A stretch of DNA of 64,000 nucleotides from Candidatus Latescibacterota bacterium (GCA_965248355.1 OZ252098.1:3200001-3264000), one strand, 5' to 3'; positions 1-9,698 are shown, counted from the stretch's first letter. Made by a program: numbers and translations. The notes: generated from the sequence alone by a model not told the origin.

Positions 1-300
1 TGGTTGTAGTTCAGGACCAGCCCTTCCAAGTTGGTCAGAGACGCCAGCGCACTCACATCGACGATCTGGTTTTCTTCCATCTTCAACCGGCGTAGCTTGG
101 TCAGGGAAGCCAGCGGGCTCACATCAACGATCTGGTTTCCTTCCATCAGTAGCTGCTGTAGCTTGGTCAGGGAAGCCAGCGGGCTCACATCCACAATCTG
201 GTTGTTGATCAGCACCAGCCTATCCAGGTTGGTCAGGGAAGCCAGCGGGCTCACATCCACAATCTGGTTGTAGGTCAGCACCAGCCTTTCCAAATTGGTA
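1..300 (-). repeat. 66-bp tandem coding repeats (LRR units)
   Basis: Recurring ttggtcagggaagccagcgggctcacatc at 66-bp spacing, at least 4 copies. Confidence 0.9.
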
Positions 301-1163
301 AAGTGCTCGAGACCAGCCAAACTCAGAATATCGCCCTCCGCCTGATTGTTCTGCAGGTTAGAGAGAGATGCAATCTCCTCCGGCGCAATTCTTCCTTTCC
401 ACCGGCCCAAGGCACCCCTGACTGACCGTTCCAGTGGTTCATCCTCGAACAAACTGGTGTAGAGAATGACATTGTTGCTGCCTCGGTGTGCGAGTGCTCC
501 GAAGATAGGATTGTCTGCGAGCGATGCAGTCTCAGGCTGATGCCTCTGTTGCAGGTGCGTCACTAGCTTTCCCATGTCCCTGAAGTTGTCCAGATCAACA
601 AAGGCGGCGGCATCATCGAGTTTGACCACGACCCGTCCGGCCTGAGCTTGCCACCGTTCCCGAAGAAAGGTCTCAACTGCTCCCCAGCCGACGAGCCGGC
701 TTGACTCGAGCCACGGTTCGACGCTCCGATCGATCTGCCAGTTGATGGAGGCCATCCCCGTCGGCAAGTCGGCCGGTTCGGTGGATCTGAGCGAAAGGCT
801 CAGGGGTCGGCCCCAGGGGATGGGGTCCGTCCATAACAGCGTCTCCTCACGCACACCGGAGGGATCGACACACCGAATGGCCACCAAGCGGCCGTAGGGC
901 AGGCCCTCATATTCTATCTGGATGCCGGCCAGCGCCTGCCCGGCTTCATCCACCAGCTCCACCCACAGGCCGCGGGGGAACCTCGGTGACTCGATCAGCA
1001 CCCGGCCGGCGGCATCGCTCACCGCCTGCGCGCGGCCGGTGCTGTCGGTACCGGCGGCATAGGGGAACTCCGTCTGCGCCGCCGTGGCGGTGGCGGTCAG
1101 GGACAGAAAAACTCCGGCTTGAAGGAGGGACAGGAGAGGGCGGGGCAGGGCGGGGCTGGCCAT
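1..1163 (-). CDS. Secreted leucine-rich-repeat (internalin-like) protein, runs off the window start
   Basis: Read by hand; absent from the ORF track because there is no stop in the window. ATG at 1163, signal-like N-terminus (MASPALPRPLLSLLQAGVFLSLTATATA), open frame to base 1, 22-aa repeats such as LERLVLTYNQIVDVSPLASLTN. Confidence 0.88.
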   Translation of the reverse strand, partial: MASPALPRPLLSLLQAGVFLSLTATATAAQTEFPYAAGTDSTGRAQAVSDAAGRVLIESPRFPRGLWVELVDEAGQALAGIQIEYEGLPYGRLVAIRCVDPSGVREETLLWTDPIPWGRPLSLSLRSTEPADLPTGMASINWQIDRSVEPWLESSRLVGWGAVETFLRERWQAQAGRVVVKLDDAAAFVDLDNFRDMGKLVTHLQQRHQPETASLADNPIFGALAHRGSNNVILYTSLFEDEPLERSVRGALGRWKGRIAPEEIASLSNLQNNQAEGDILSLAGLEHFTNLERLVLTYNQIVDVSPLASLTNLDRLVLINNQIVDVSPLASLTKLQQLLMEGNQIVDVSPLASLTKLRRLKMEENQIVDVSALASLTNLEGLVLNYN

Positions 1164-1384
1164 GGGGCTGTGCCAGGACAGAGGTGGCTCTCCGGCTTGT
1201 CGGCTCGGGGACAGGTGCCTGAGAGCTCGGCGCCGCGAGTCTTCAACGATGAACATACCCTCCCGGTCCGTGCCCTGACAAGCGCATGCGCCCACGCTCG
1301 AAGGCCGCCTCGCCGCCCCCTTGGGACCGCGACGGCAGCTACGCCTGGTTGCCCGGCGATCCTCCTGCGAGCATCTTGCCTGCC

Positions 1385-2428
1385 ATGGCCCAGAATCCCG
1401 CCACCGACAGCGGAGCCCTGTCCAGCGCCGCCGAGCGTGCCGCCGCATGGCTGACGTCACAGATCGACGCCGACGGCTGCATCGACGGGAGTCGCGCCCC
1501 GGGGCTCTACTTCAAGGTGCCCTCCGCCCTGGCGCTGAACGGCCGGAGGGGACCGGCGTCCCTCGTCCTCGACTGGATCGCCGGGCACCTGCTGGCGGCC
1601 GACGGCACCCTCAGGCTGCCTGACGAGGTCGACCGCTCCCGCCCGGTGAACACCTACGACCGCGGCTGGCTGGCCTGGGGGGCGGCGCTCTGCGAGCGCC
1701 ATGACCTGCAGCAGGCCCTGGCCGATGACCTGACCGCTTACCAGGACCGCCGCACCGGCGGCTTCTGGGATTCCGCGGAAGCGCGGGCCTCGGGGGCGGG
1801 ACTACAGGGGGCGATGACCGCCGGCATGGCGGGGCTGGGGCTGCTGGCGGCGGGGCGCATCGAGCCGGCGCGAGGGGCCGCGCGGTTCCTGGAGGAGCTG
1901 TGGACCGGACAGGCGGACCCTGCGGTGGGCTTGGACTCCAACCGGCAGCTCAGCCCTGACTGGGATGGACGCGGCGGCGGCGCTCCCCCCTTCTTCCGCG
2001 AGCGCACCTCACGCCACTACGTCGACCTGAACGGTGCGGCGCAGCGGCCGGCCCGGTTCGGACCCGCCATGGCGCTGCTGGTGAGGCTCCATCGCCTGAC
2101 CGGTGATCCCGCTCACCTCGCCTGCGCCCGACGGTATGCCGATCTCTTCCTGGCCCGGGACGAGCTGTATCTCTGCGTGGAGTGTCACAAGTACCTGTGG
2201 GGGCTCGCCGAGCTTCAGCAGGTCGCGCCCACCACCGCATACAAGGATGCCGCCGAGAAGTGCGCGGCTTACCTCGTGGCGGCGCAGCAGGCGGACGGGA
2301 GTTGGCTTCCGGAGGCGTCTTCGGAGGGCGGTGAACCGAGCTTCGAGCTGGTCCTCAACACCGTGGGCAACGCGCTCGTCGGTCTCGCCTGTTACCGCAT
2401 CAACCTGGCGCGCGATCGGGACCGCTGA
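1385..2428 (+). CDS. Helical-barrel protein, prenyltransferase/squalene-cyclase-repeat-like; function unknown
   Basis: QW-like repeats: WLTSQIDADGC, YQDRRTGGF, YLVAAQQADGSW. Confidence 0.6.
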   Translation: MAQNPATDSGALSSAAERAAAWLTSQIDADGCIDGSRAPGLYFKVPSALALNGRRGPASLVLDWIAGHLLAADGTLRLPDEVDRSRPVNTYDRGWLAWGAALCERHDLQQALADDLTAYQDRRTGGFWDSAEARASGAGLQGAMTAGMAGLGLLAAGRIEPARGAARFLEELWTGQADPAVGLDSNRQLSPDWDGRGGGAPPFFRERTSRHYVDLNGAAQRPARFGPAMALLVRLHRLTGDPAHLACARRYADLFLARDELYLCVECHKYLWGLAELQQVAPTTAYKDAAEKCAAYLVAAQQADGSWLPEASSEGGEPSFELVLNTVGNALVGLACYRINLARDRDR

Positions 2429-2470
2429 CGCGGGCCTGCGGATCCTCCATCGACTGACGGGTCTCCGCGG

Positions 2471-3409
2471 TTACCACGGCGTGGCGATGGACAGCTCCTC
2501 CGCCACTTCCTCGAGCCCCTCGACCGCCCCCGCCGAGATCGGCACGCCGTCCCTGCGGTACTCCGTCTCCCTCTCCAGCTCCTTGCCGCCGGGCAGGTAG
2601 GACTCGCTGAAGCCGGGCAGCGGCTTCATGCGGCCGGCCTCGTCCATCAGGTGGTCCATGTCGGCCTTGAAGGCTCCGAGGTCGGAGAACCGGTCCACGT
2701 CGATGGCGAGGAAGAAGCCCGACTGATCGGCGCCCGTGAACTCGACGTGGCCCCGTGAGAACTCCGGCAGCATCTGCCCGCCGAGCGCGCCCGAGAGGAT
2801 GTTGCCCACATGCGCGATGCCGAGGGCTTTTATGAAAACCGGAGGGCACTTCAGAAATGTGTCATCGTCGATCACGAAGTGGCTGGCGAAGTCGAGGAGG
2901 AAGGCCGGTCCTCCCTCGCCGGCGGGCATGCCGAAGGCCAAGGGCGGGCTGCCCTGGATGGAGCCGCGGATCGTCTGCTCGCGGTCGTAGTGGTCGGCGG
3001 CGTTGCGGCCGGAAGTGCAGATGCCGATCAGATCCTGGCGCATGGCCATGCGCGAGTAGATCCCCGCGCTGCCGAGGTGACCGTGATACGTGGAGGTGAC
3101 CGCGCCGATGCCGAGGTCCCGAGCCCTGACGATGGCCATCTCCATGGCCCGGACAGCGACGAGATATCCCAGGCCGCCGTCGCCGGTGAGAGCGGCCGTG
3201 GCCGGACCTTCCTTGAGCACCCGGATCCGGGGGCTCGGGTTCACGGAGCCGTCCTGGAAGGAGCGGACGTAGCGGTTGACCTGCTGCACGCCGTGGCTGA
3301 CGACGCCGCGCAGGTCCTCCGGGATCGGCACCGCCTTGAAGATCTCGACGACCAGTTCCTCGAGGTCGGAGACGGCGACCCGGACGCCGTCGGTGGGAGG
3401 TACGTTCAT
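2471..3409 (-). CDS. Ldh_2 (malate/L-lactate/sulfolactate dehydrogenase) family oxidoreductase
   Basis: DLRGVVSHG, GHLGSAG, FFLAIDV and YLPG motifs. The real start is MNVPP at 3409. Confidence 0.85.
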   Translation of the reverse strand: MNVPPTDGVRVAVSDLEELVVEIFKAVPIPEDLRGVVSHGVQQVNRYVRSFQDGSVNPSPRIRVLKEGPATAALTGDGGLGYLVAVRAMEMAIVRARDLGIGAVTSTYHGHLGSAGIYSRMAMRQDLIGICTSGRNAADHYDREQTIRGSIQGSPPLAFGMPAGEGGPAFLLDFASHFVIDDDTFLKCPPVFIKALGIAHVGNILSGALGGQMLPEFSRGHVEFTGADQSGFFLAIDVDRFSDLGAFKADMDHLMDEAGRMKPLPGFSESYLPGGKELERETEYRRDGVPISAGAVEGLEEVAEELSIATPW

Positions 3410-3420
3410 GGCGGGGACCC

Positions 3421-4695
3421 CTACTTCTTCTTCCGCTTCTTCCCGCCCTCCTGCCGCCGCAAGGTGCGGCCGTCGCGCACCGCCTGCCAGATCTCCTCGA
3501 ACTCCTTCGAGCCGTCGTCCTCCACGGGCACGCACTCCGACCCCGCCTCGCTCACGGGCATGGCCAGGCCGGGGTAGACGCGGGTCAGGTCCTGCTTGCT
3601 GCATCCGAACCAGGTGACCTCGCCGTTGGCCCTGGCGTACCGGTAGACGTGCCGGGGGGGATCGAGCCAGGCGTAGTCGACGGCGTACTTCTCGACGAGT
3701 CCCTCGTCCAGCTCGATGCCGAGGCCGGGCCCGTCCGGCACCCGGTGATAGCCGCCGCGCAGCTCGATGGCGGTTCGGATGAGCTGCTCCTTCCAGATGT
3801 TCATGCAGGTGATGGCCGGCCACTTGGCCTCGGGGCAGACGGCGCCGAGGTGGGCGGCCCAGGTGGTGGTGATGCCGGTGCCCACGAGCTGCAGCCAGAA
3901 GGGCTTGTTGGCGGAGTGGGTGATGTCCGACTCGGAGCGGATCTGGCTGGCGCCGCCGGAGACGACGAAGCCGTCGGTCACGTCCTCGGCCAGGGCGGTC
4001 TCGATCGGCGGCTGGCCGAAGTGCATGGCCACGGCCCGGTCGAGGCGCCGGCGGATCTGCTTGTTGCCGGCCACGTCGCCCTGGGGGATGGGGCTCTCGA
4101 TCATGGCGATCTGCTCGTACTGCTCAAGCGACTTGAGATGCTCCACGGCGTTGGAGCTGTTGTCCAGGGTCGAGTTGTAGTCGAGGTCGAGGCGGAACTG
4201 GGGCGGCACCACCTCGAGGATGGCCCGGATCCCGGCGTGCATGTCGTACCAGGTACGCGCCTTGAGCTTGGCCGACATGTACCCGCCCTTCACCGCGTCG
4301 CGGCACTGGCGCGCCCATTCCCGAGGGGGCATGTCCATGGCCCACCACGACAGGGGCACGTAGTCGCGCACCCGGGAACCCAGGAGCTGGTGGACGGGCA
4401 AGCCCTCGTGCTTGCCCACCGCGTCGAATAGCGCCATCTGCACGCCGGCGCCGAGGTCGTCCTCCCACAGCAGCTCCGCCGCCTCGAAGCCCACGACGCG
4501 CTCCTCGATCCCCTCGGGCACCTTGGCCCACGTGTAGTTGGGGATCGTCTCCCCCAAACCGACGACGCCGTTGCTCATGGTGAGCCGGCAGATCTGCACG
4601 ATGCGCCAGTGGGGGAGCCAGTACCGCAGGTGCTGTCCGCTGTGCTTCGTGAAGGGGATGTCGAGAAAGGTCAGCTCGACGGATTGGACTTTCAC
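3421..4695 (-). CDS. Mandelate racemase/muconate lactonizing enzyme (enolase superfamily)
   Basis: GTG start overlaps the upstream stop. GVVGLGE, MALFDAVGK, KLK, DYN, ESP and VPDGPGLGIELD motifs. Confidence 0.88.
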   Translation of the reverse strand: MKVQSVELTFLDIPFTKHSGQHLRYWLPHWRIVQICRLTMSNGVVGLGETIPNYTWAKVPEGIEERVVGFEAAELLWEDDLGAGVQMALFDAVGKHEGLPVHQLLGSRVRDYVPLSWWAMDMPPREWARQCRDAVKGGYMSAKLKARTWYDMHAGIRAILEVVPPQFRLDLDYNSTLDNSSNAVEHLKSLEQYEQIAMIESPIPQGDVAGNKQIRRRLDRAVAMHFGQPPIETALAEDVTDGFVVSGGASQIRSESDITHSANKPFWLQLVGTGITTTWAAHLGAVCPEAKWPAITCMNIWKEQLIRTAIELRGGYHRVPDGPGLGIELDEGLVEKYAVDYAWLDPPRHVYRYARANGEVTWFGCSKQDLTRVYPGLAMPVSEAGSECVPVEDDGSKEFEEIWQAVRDGRTLRRQEGGKKRKKK

Positions 4696-6575
4696 GGTTG
4701 GTCTCCCTTGCGCACGGGCAGCTCGAGGAAGCTGGCCGACGCGCGGTCGTGGTGGATGGAGTGGGTCGCCTTCCGGAAGTCCTCGGGCCGGGCCCAGGCG
4801 ACCTGGTCGACGAAGGTCTGCGGGTTGCGGTCGCAGACCGGGAACCACGAGCTCTGCACGTGCACCATGATGCGGTGACCGGGCCGGAAGGTGTGGTTCA
4901 CGTGGGGCATGAGGACGCGATAGGGCAGCACCTGCCCGGGCGGAATCGGCGCCGCCTTCTCGAAGCTCTCGCGGTAGCGGCCCCGCAGGATGTCCCCGGA
5001 GATCATCAGCTGGTAGCCGCCCATGTCCCGGTCCCCCGGGACCTCGTCGGGGTAGAGGTCGATGAGCTTGACGACCCAGTCGGCGTCGGTCCCCGTGGTC
5101 GCGGCGAAGAGGGTGGCTGAGGGCTCGCCGCACAGCGTGAGTGGTTCCCGCAGGGTCTCGCTGACGAAGACGAGCACGTCGGTGCGGTCGGAGAAGGGCC
5201 GCTGATCGTCCACCAGCCACCGGAACCAGTTGCCTTCCCCGGCGAAGGGCGGGATGATCGGGCGCACCCGGTAGGGCACCGGCTTGGCCGGGTCCGAGAC
5301 GTACTCCGTGCGGCTCTCCCCGCCTTCGGGTACCTCGAAGGAGAGGCCGCCCTCCGGCTGCAGGTAAAGACGCCGGGCCTCGGTCTCCCTCACCGGCGGC
5401 CAGCTCCGGTAGCGCCGCCAGCGGTTGGTCCCGGTCTCGAAGGCCAGCACCCGCGGCAGCGGCTCGGCCGGCCTCTTCCTCTTGAGATGGTGGTCCCAGA
5501 AGGGCTTGAGCATGTCGCGGCGGAAGCGCAGGCAGGTGTCCTCCCCCCACTTGAGGCTCCCGAGCTCGGAGCCCTCGCCCCAGGTCTGGGCGTGGGACCA
5601 GGGCCCGATGACCAGGTGCGTGCGCGCGCCCCGGGGGTCGTTGCGGGCCATCGCCGCGTGGCTGAGCACGGCCCCGTAGAGGTCCTCGGCGTCGAAGAGG
5701 CTGTGCACGCTGAGCACGGGCACCCGCCGCGGCGCCCGGGCCAGGTGCTCCTGCAGGGCCTGGTCGCGCCAGTAGTCGTCGTAGGCGGGGTGCGCCAGCA
5801 GGCGCTTCCAGGCCGGCAGCCGGTCGGCCCCGTAGCGCCGGCCCAGCTCGCCGATGGAACCGGCCTCGAGCACCGCCTGGTAGTGGTCGCGGTAGCCCCA
5901 GGGGATGGAGTGGCTGGCGTTCTTGGTCGAGGTCTGGCGGTAGACGTACTGGAGCATGACGGTGCGGAACGCCCCGTGCCGGTAGAAGTCGTCGCCGAGC
6001 CAGGAGTCGACCATGGAGTTGACGGGGACCGCCGCCTTCAACGCCGGGTGGGGGTCGATGAGAGCCATAAGGGTGAGGAGGCCATCGTAGGAGGTGCCGG
6101 TGATGCCGGCGCGGCCGTTGTTTCCTTCCACGTTCTCCACCAGCCACTCCACCGTGTCCCAGGCGTCGGTGACCTGGTCGACCTCGCCCTCGTTGAAGGG
6201 CCCGCGCACCGGCATGGTCATGGTGTACTTCCCCTTGGAGCCGAAGCGGCCGCGCACGTCCTGGTAGACGCGGATGTAGCCGTCGCGCACGAGGTCCTCG
6301 TCGGCCGCGGGCAGCACCATGGCGATGTCGGGGCTGTGGCGGCCCTCGGCGCGAGCCTTGGCGTTGTAGGGCGTGCGCGTCAGCACGATCGGCATCTTCC
6401 CCGAGGCGCCTTCGGGGATCATGATGAGCGTGAAGAGCTTCACGCCGTCGCGCATGGGCACCATCGACTCCACGCGCTTGTGGTTGAACTCCCCCGTCCT
6501 CGTCTCGAAGGTGCGGGGTATGTCCCCTCTGCGGGTCACGTCCCGCGACCGGGATCGGCTCATGCGTTTGGCCAT
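4692..6575 (-). CDS. CocE/NonD family hydrolase (alpha-amino acid ester hydrolase / glutaryl-7-ACA acylase-like)
   Basis: MRDGVKL, RTPY, QDVRGRFGS, nucleophile GTSYDG, GPWSH, VQSSWFP. Confidence 0.92.
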   Translation of the reverse strand: MAKRMSRSRSRDVTRRGDIPRTFETRTGEFNHKRVESMVPMRDGVKLFTLIMIPEGASGKMPIVLTRTPYNAKARAEGRHSPDIAMVLPAADEDLVRDGYIRVYQDVRGRFGSKGKYTMTMPVRGPFNEGEVDQVTDAWDTVEWLVENVEGNNGRAGITGTSYDGLLTLMALIDPHPALKAAVPVNSMVDSWLGDDFYRHGAFRTVMLQYVYRQTSTKNASHSIPWGYRDHYQAVLEAGSIGELGRRYGADRLPAWKRLLAHPAYDDYWRDQALQEHLARAPRRVPVLSVHSLFDAEDLYGAVLSHAAMARNDPRGARTHLVIGPWSHAQTWGEGSELGSLKWGEDTCLRFRRDMLKPFWDHHLKRKRPAEPLPRVLAFETGTNRWRRYRSWPPVRETEARRLYLQPEGGLSFEVPEGGESRTEYVSDPAKPVPYRVRPIIPPFAGEGNWFRWLVDDQRPFSDRTDVLVFVSETLREPLTLCGEPSATLFAATTGTDADWVVKLIDLYPDEVPGDRDMGGYQLMISGDILRGRYRESFEKAAPIPPGQVLPYRVLMPHVNHTFRPGHRIMVHVQSSWFPVCDRNPQTFVDQVAWARPEDFRKATHSIHHDRASASFLELPVRKGDQP

Positions 6576-6691
6576 GCTCTCCGTCCTCCGTGTGGTCCTG
6601 AAAGAGGGCGGTCATTCTAGGCGCTGGCCCCCGCGCCCGCCACGAGGGGCCGAGGTCGCCGGACCTGCCCCGGGAGGGTAGCTTTGCCGCC

Positions 6692-8836
6692 ATGGAGATC
6701 CGCGAGCTGGCCGAGGCCGTCCTCTTCGGCGACACCCTGAAGCACAAGCTCACCCCCGCCGGCCGCCTGACCGACGAGCGTCCGGGCCCCCCGGTGAAGT
6801 CCCCCGACGCCCCGGGCCGGCCGCCGGAGCTGGCCCTGGACCGCTGGAGCGAGACCGGCCGCGTCGCCTTTCAGGAGGTGCGCTCCCTGGAACGCGACGA
6901 GGACCGCGGCCTCGTGCTGCACTTCTTCGCCAACCACGAGCTGATGGCGGCGGAGCTGATGGCCCTGGTGCTGCTGAAGTTCCCCGATGCGCCGGCCCGG
7001 TTCCGCCGCGGCGTGGCCCGCACCCTGCTCGACGAGCAGGAGCACCTGCGTCTCTACCTGGAGCGCATGGGCGGCGCCGGCGTGGCCTTCGGCCAGATTC
7101 CCGTGAGCGATTTCTTCTGGCGCGCCATCGCCCCCATGCCGACGCCCCTGGACTTCGTCACCCGCCTGAGCCTGACCCTGGAGCAGGCCAACCTCGACTA
7201 CGCCCCTCACTACCAGCGGCTCTTCGACGAGCTGGGCGACGCCGGCACGGCGGCCCTCATGGAGCGCATCTACCGCGACGAGATCGGCCACGTGCGCCAC
7301 GGCCTGAACTGGTTCAACACCTGGCGCGCCCCGGGGCCGAGCGAGTGGGAGTCCTTCCGCCAGGCCCTCGGGTTCCCCCTGAGCCCGAGCCGGGCCAAGG
7401 GGATCGGCTTCAACCGGGAGGGCCGGCTGCAGGCGGGCTTGCCCCGGGCCTTCGTCGACGAGCTGGAGCTCTTCGTGCGTTCCCACGGCCGCTGCCCCCG
7501 GCTCCACTGGTTCAACCCCCTGTGCGATCTGGCCGCCGGCCGGGGCGCCCCCTTCACGCCGCCGGCGGCGCTCCGGGACCTGTCCAGCGACCTGGCGCTG
7601 CTCCCCGCCCTGCTGGCCGCCCCCGACGACGTGGTGGTCGTCCCCGAGCGGCCGTCTCTAACCTTCCTGCAGGAGCTGCGGGCGGCGGGCCTGCCGGTTC
7701 CGGAGCTGGTGGAGTGGGACCCGGCGGCGGAGGCGGTGCCGGAAGCCCTGGACGGGCGCCGGCTGACCGGGCTGCGGCCCTGGGGCTGGGCGCCGGACAG
7801 CGTCGCCGCCCTCGGTCCGCTGGCCGGGCAGTTGCCCGCCGGCGAGCCGGTCCCGGAGAGCCTCTGGCACGAGGAGAGGCGGCAGCTCTACTCGAAGGCC
7901 TGGAGCGCCGGCTGGCTGACCGCGGTCCTCCCCGGCCTGCGGAAGGAGGAGGGGGACTGGCTCTGCGGGCCCGAGGTGGTGGGGGCGCCCTGCCGCACGG
8001 AGGCGCAGGTCGAGGCTGTGCTGGCCGATGGGTTCTCGGGAGGCTGGCGCCAGGGGGTGGTCAAGGCGGCCTTCGGCGCCGCCGGCGGGCGGCAGATCCT
8101 CGTCGACGTCCCCGACCTGCCGGAGCATCAGCGCCGCTGGCTGACGGCGGCGCTGCAGGAGGGCGGGACCGTGGTCGTCGAGTCGTGGCTCGACCGGGTC
8201 CTCGACCTCTCGGCCCAGTACGAGGTCGACGACGACGGCTCGGTCCGGCTGGTCGGAATCGCCCGGTTTCTCACCGGCGACAGCGGACGGTTCCAGGGAG
8301 TCGTGCTGCACGACCTCGCAGCCGGCCTGGATGAGGAGACGAGACGCTTCCTCTACGGCGACGGGCGCGACGGGCGCCGGCTGCAGCGCCTCTACAGACG
8401 GCTCGGCGAAGACCTGGGGCGGCGGTTACCGCCAGGGTACCACGGCCCCCTGGGCGTGGACGCCCTCGTGTACCGTGACGGGACGGAAGGCGGCCTGCGG
8501 CTGAAGCCGGTGGTGGAGCTGAACCCGCGGCTGACCATGGGGCGGGTGGGTCTGGCCCTGGAGAAGCGGGTCCTGGCCTCCCGGTCCGCCGTCTGGCGCC
8601 TGTGGCGCCTGAAGGACCTGAGGGCCGCCGGCCATGCCTCGGCCGCGGCCTGGGCGGACCGCCTGCGGGCGCGCCTGCCCCTGGAGATGTCCGGGGACGG
8701 CCGGCAGATCTCCCGCGGCGCCGTGTTCACCAACGATCCGGCCTCCGCGCGCGCCTTCATCGGCGTGCTGGCCGTGGACGGGCAGCCGCCCGCGGACGAC
8801 TTGCTCCTCGCGGCGCCGGATGCGGACCATGGCTGA
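6692..8836 (+). CDS. DUF455 ferritin-like diiron domain fused to an ATP-grasp-like domain
   Basis: N-terminal HFFANHE, DEQEH, EQANLD, DEIGH. C-terminal VVK..FGAAG, VVESWL, GPLGVD, VELNPR. Confidence 0.78.
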   Translation: MEIRELAEAVLFGDTLKHKLTPAGRLTDERPGPPVKSPDAPGRPPELALDRWSETGRVAFQEVRSLERDEDRGLVLHFFANHELMAAELMALVLLKFPDAPARFRRGVARTLLDEQEHLRLYLERMGGAGVAFGQIPVSDFFWRAIAPMPTPLDFVTRLSLTLEQANLDYAPHYQRLFDELGDAGTAALMERIYRDEIGHVRHGLNWFNTWRAPGPSEWESFRQALGFPLSPSRAKGIGFNREGRLQAGLPRAFVDELELFVRSHGRCPRLHWFNPLCDLAAGRGAPFTPPAALRDLSSDLALLPALLAAPDDVVVVPERPSLTFLQELRAAGLPVPELVEWDPAAEAVPEALDGRRLTGLRPWGWAPDSVAALGPLAGQLPAGEPVPESLWHEERRQLYSKAWSAGWLTAVLPGLRKEEGDWLCGPEVVGAPCRTEAQVEAVLADGFSGGWRQGVVKAAFGAAGGRQILVDVPDLPEHQRRWLTAALQEGGTVVVESWLDRVLDLSAQYEVDDDGSVRLVGIARFLTGDSGRFQGVVLHDLAAGLDEETRRFLYGDGRDGRRLQRLYRRLGEDLGRRLPPGYHGPLGVDALVYRDGTEGGLRLKPVVELNPRLTMGRVGLALEKRVLASRSAVWRLWRLKDLRAAGHASAAAWADRLRARLPLEMSGDGRQISRGAVFTNDPASARAFIGVLAVDGQPPADDLLLAAPDADHG

Positions 8837-9698
8837 TCTCGTCGTCGACGTCTTCACCCACGAGGGGGCGGGAGGCAATCCGCTCACCGTCCGGATCCTC
8901 GACGAGCCCCTGGAGCCGAGGGAGATGATGTCCGAGGCCGCGGCGCGTGAGAGCAGGGAGACCGCCTTTCTCCACCCCCCGTCCGCAGGCGGCGAACCCT
9001 GGCGGGTGGACGTCTTCACGGCGGGCCGGCAGATCCCGTTCTCGGGCCACGCAGCCCTCGGGGCCGCCTGGACGGCGCGCGAGCACCTGCACCCCGAAAG
9101 GCCAGGGGAGATCGGCCTGGCCATGGCCCTGGGGGACGTGCACGTCCGCTTCGAGGACGGGACCGCCTGGCTCACGGCGCCGACCATCGAGCTGGGCTCC
9201 CCCTGGCCCGCCGCCGAGGTGCGCCGGACCCTGGGACTGCGCGGTCCGGTCCCCGAGGGGCTGGAGCCGCCGCGGCTCACCGGTGCCGGTCTCCCCATCC
9301 TCATCGCGCCCCTGGCCGACCTGCGGGAGCTGCACGCCTGCCACCTCGACGCCGCCGCCTTCCGGGCCTTCGGCGTACGCATGGTCCGCCACAAGGCGCT
9401 CCACACCCGCCTCTACGCCTGCTGCCGGGAGACGCGCTCGGCGGACAACCACCTCTCGGCCCGTCTCTTCCTGGCGGGGGCGGAGGAGGCCCTGGAAGAT
9501 CCGGCCAGCGGCTCGGCCGCCGTCTGCCTGGGGGCCTGCCTCTCGGTGCGGGGAGACCTCGAGCCGGAGGGCGGCGAGCTCCGCATCGAGCAGGGGTTCG
9601 AGATGGGCCGGCCCTCCCTGCTTCGGCTGCGGGCCGGCACCCGCGGGGGAATCGAGGTCGGGGGCGAGGTCCGGCCCTCGCCGGGGGGATCGGCGTAA
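8829..9698 (+). CDS. PhzF-family isomerase/epimerase
   Basis: VDVFT..GGNPL, ETAF, PFSGH, EDPASGSA, EQGFEMGRPS. ATG at 8829 overlaps the upstream gene. Confidence 0.88.
   Translation: MADLVVDVFTHEGAGGNPLTVRILDEPLEPREMMSEAAARESRETAFLHPPSAGGEPWRVDVFTAGRQIPFSGHAALGAAWTAREHLHPERPGEIGLAMALGDVHVRFEDGTAWLTAPTIELGSPWPAAEVRRTLGLRGPVPEGLEPPRLTGAGLPILIAPLADLRELHACHLDAAAFRAFGVRMVRHKALHTRLYACCRETRSADNHLSARLFLAGAEEALEDPASGSAAVCLGACLSVRGDLEPEGGELRIEQGFEMGRPSLLRLRAGTRGGIEVGGEVRPSPGGSA

Noticed and set aside
1..300. Periodic repeats as a CRISPR array
   Set aside because: The 66-bp period is in frame and encodes LRRs. There are no unique spacers and no cas genes.
3421..6753. 1110-aa ORF as one fusion protein
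   Set aside because: The N-terminal part is an alternative frame over the CocE gene. The real gene starts at 4695.
8829..9698. Phenazine biosynthesis cluster
   Set aside because: No phzA/B/D/E/G nearby, and PhzF-like genes are widespread on their own.
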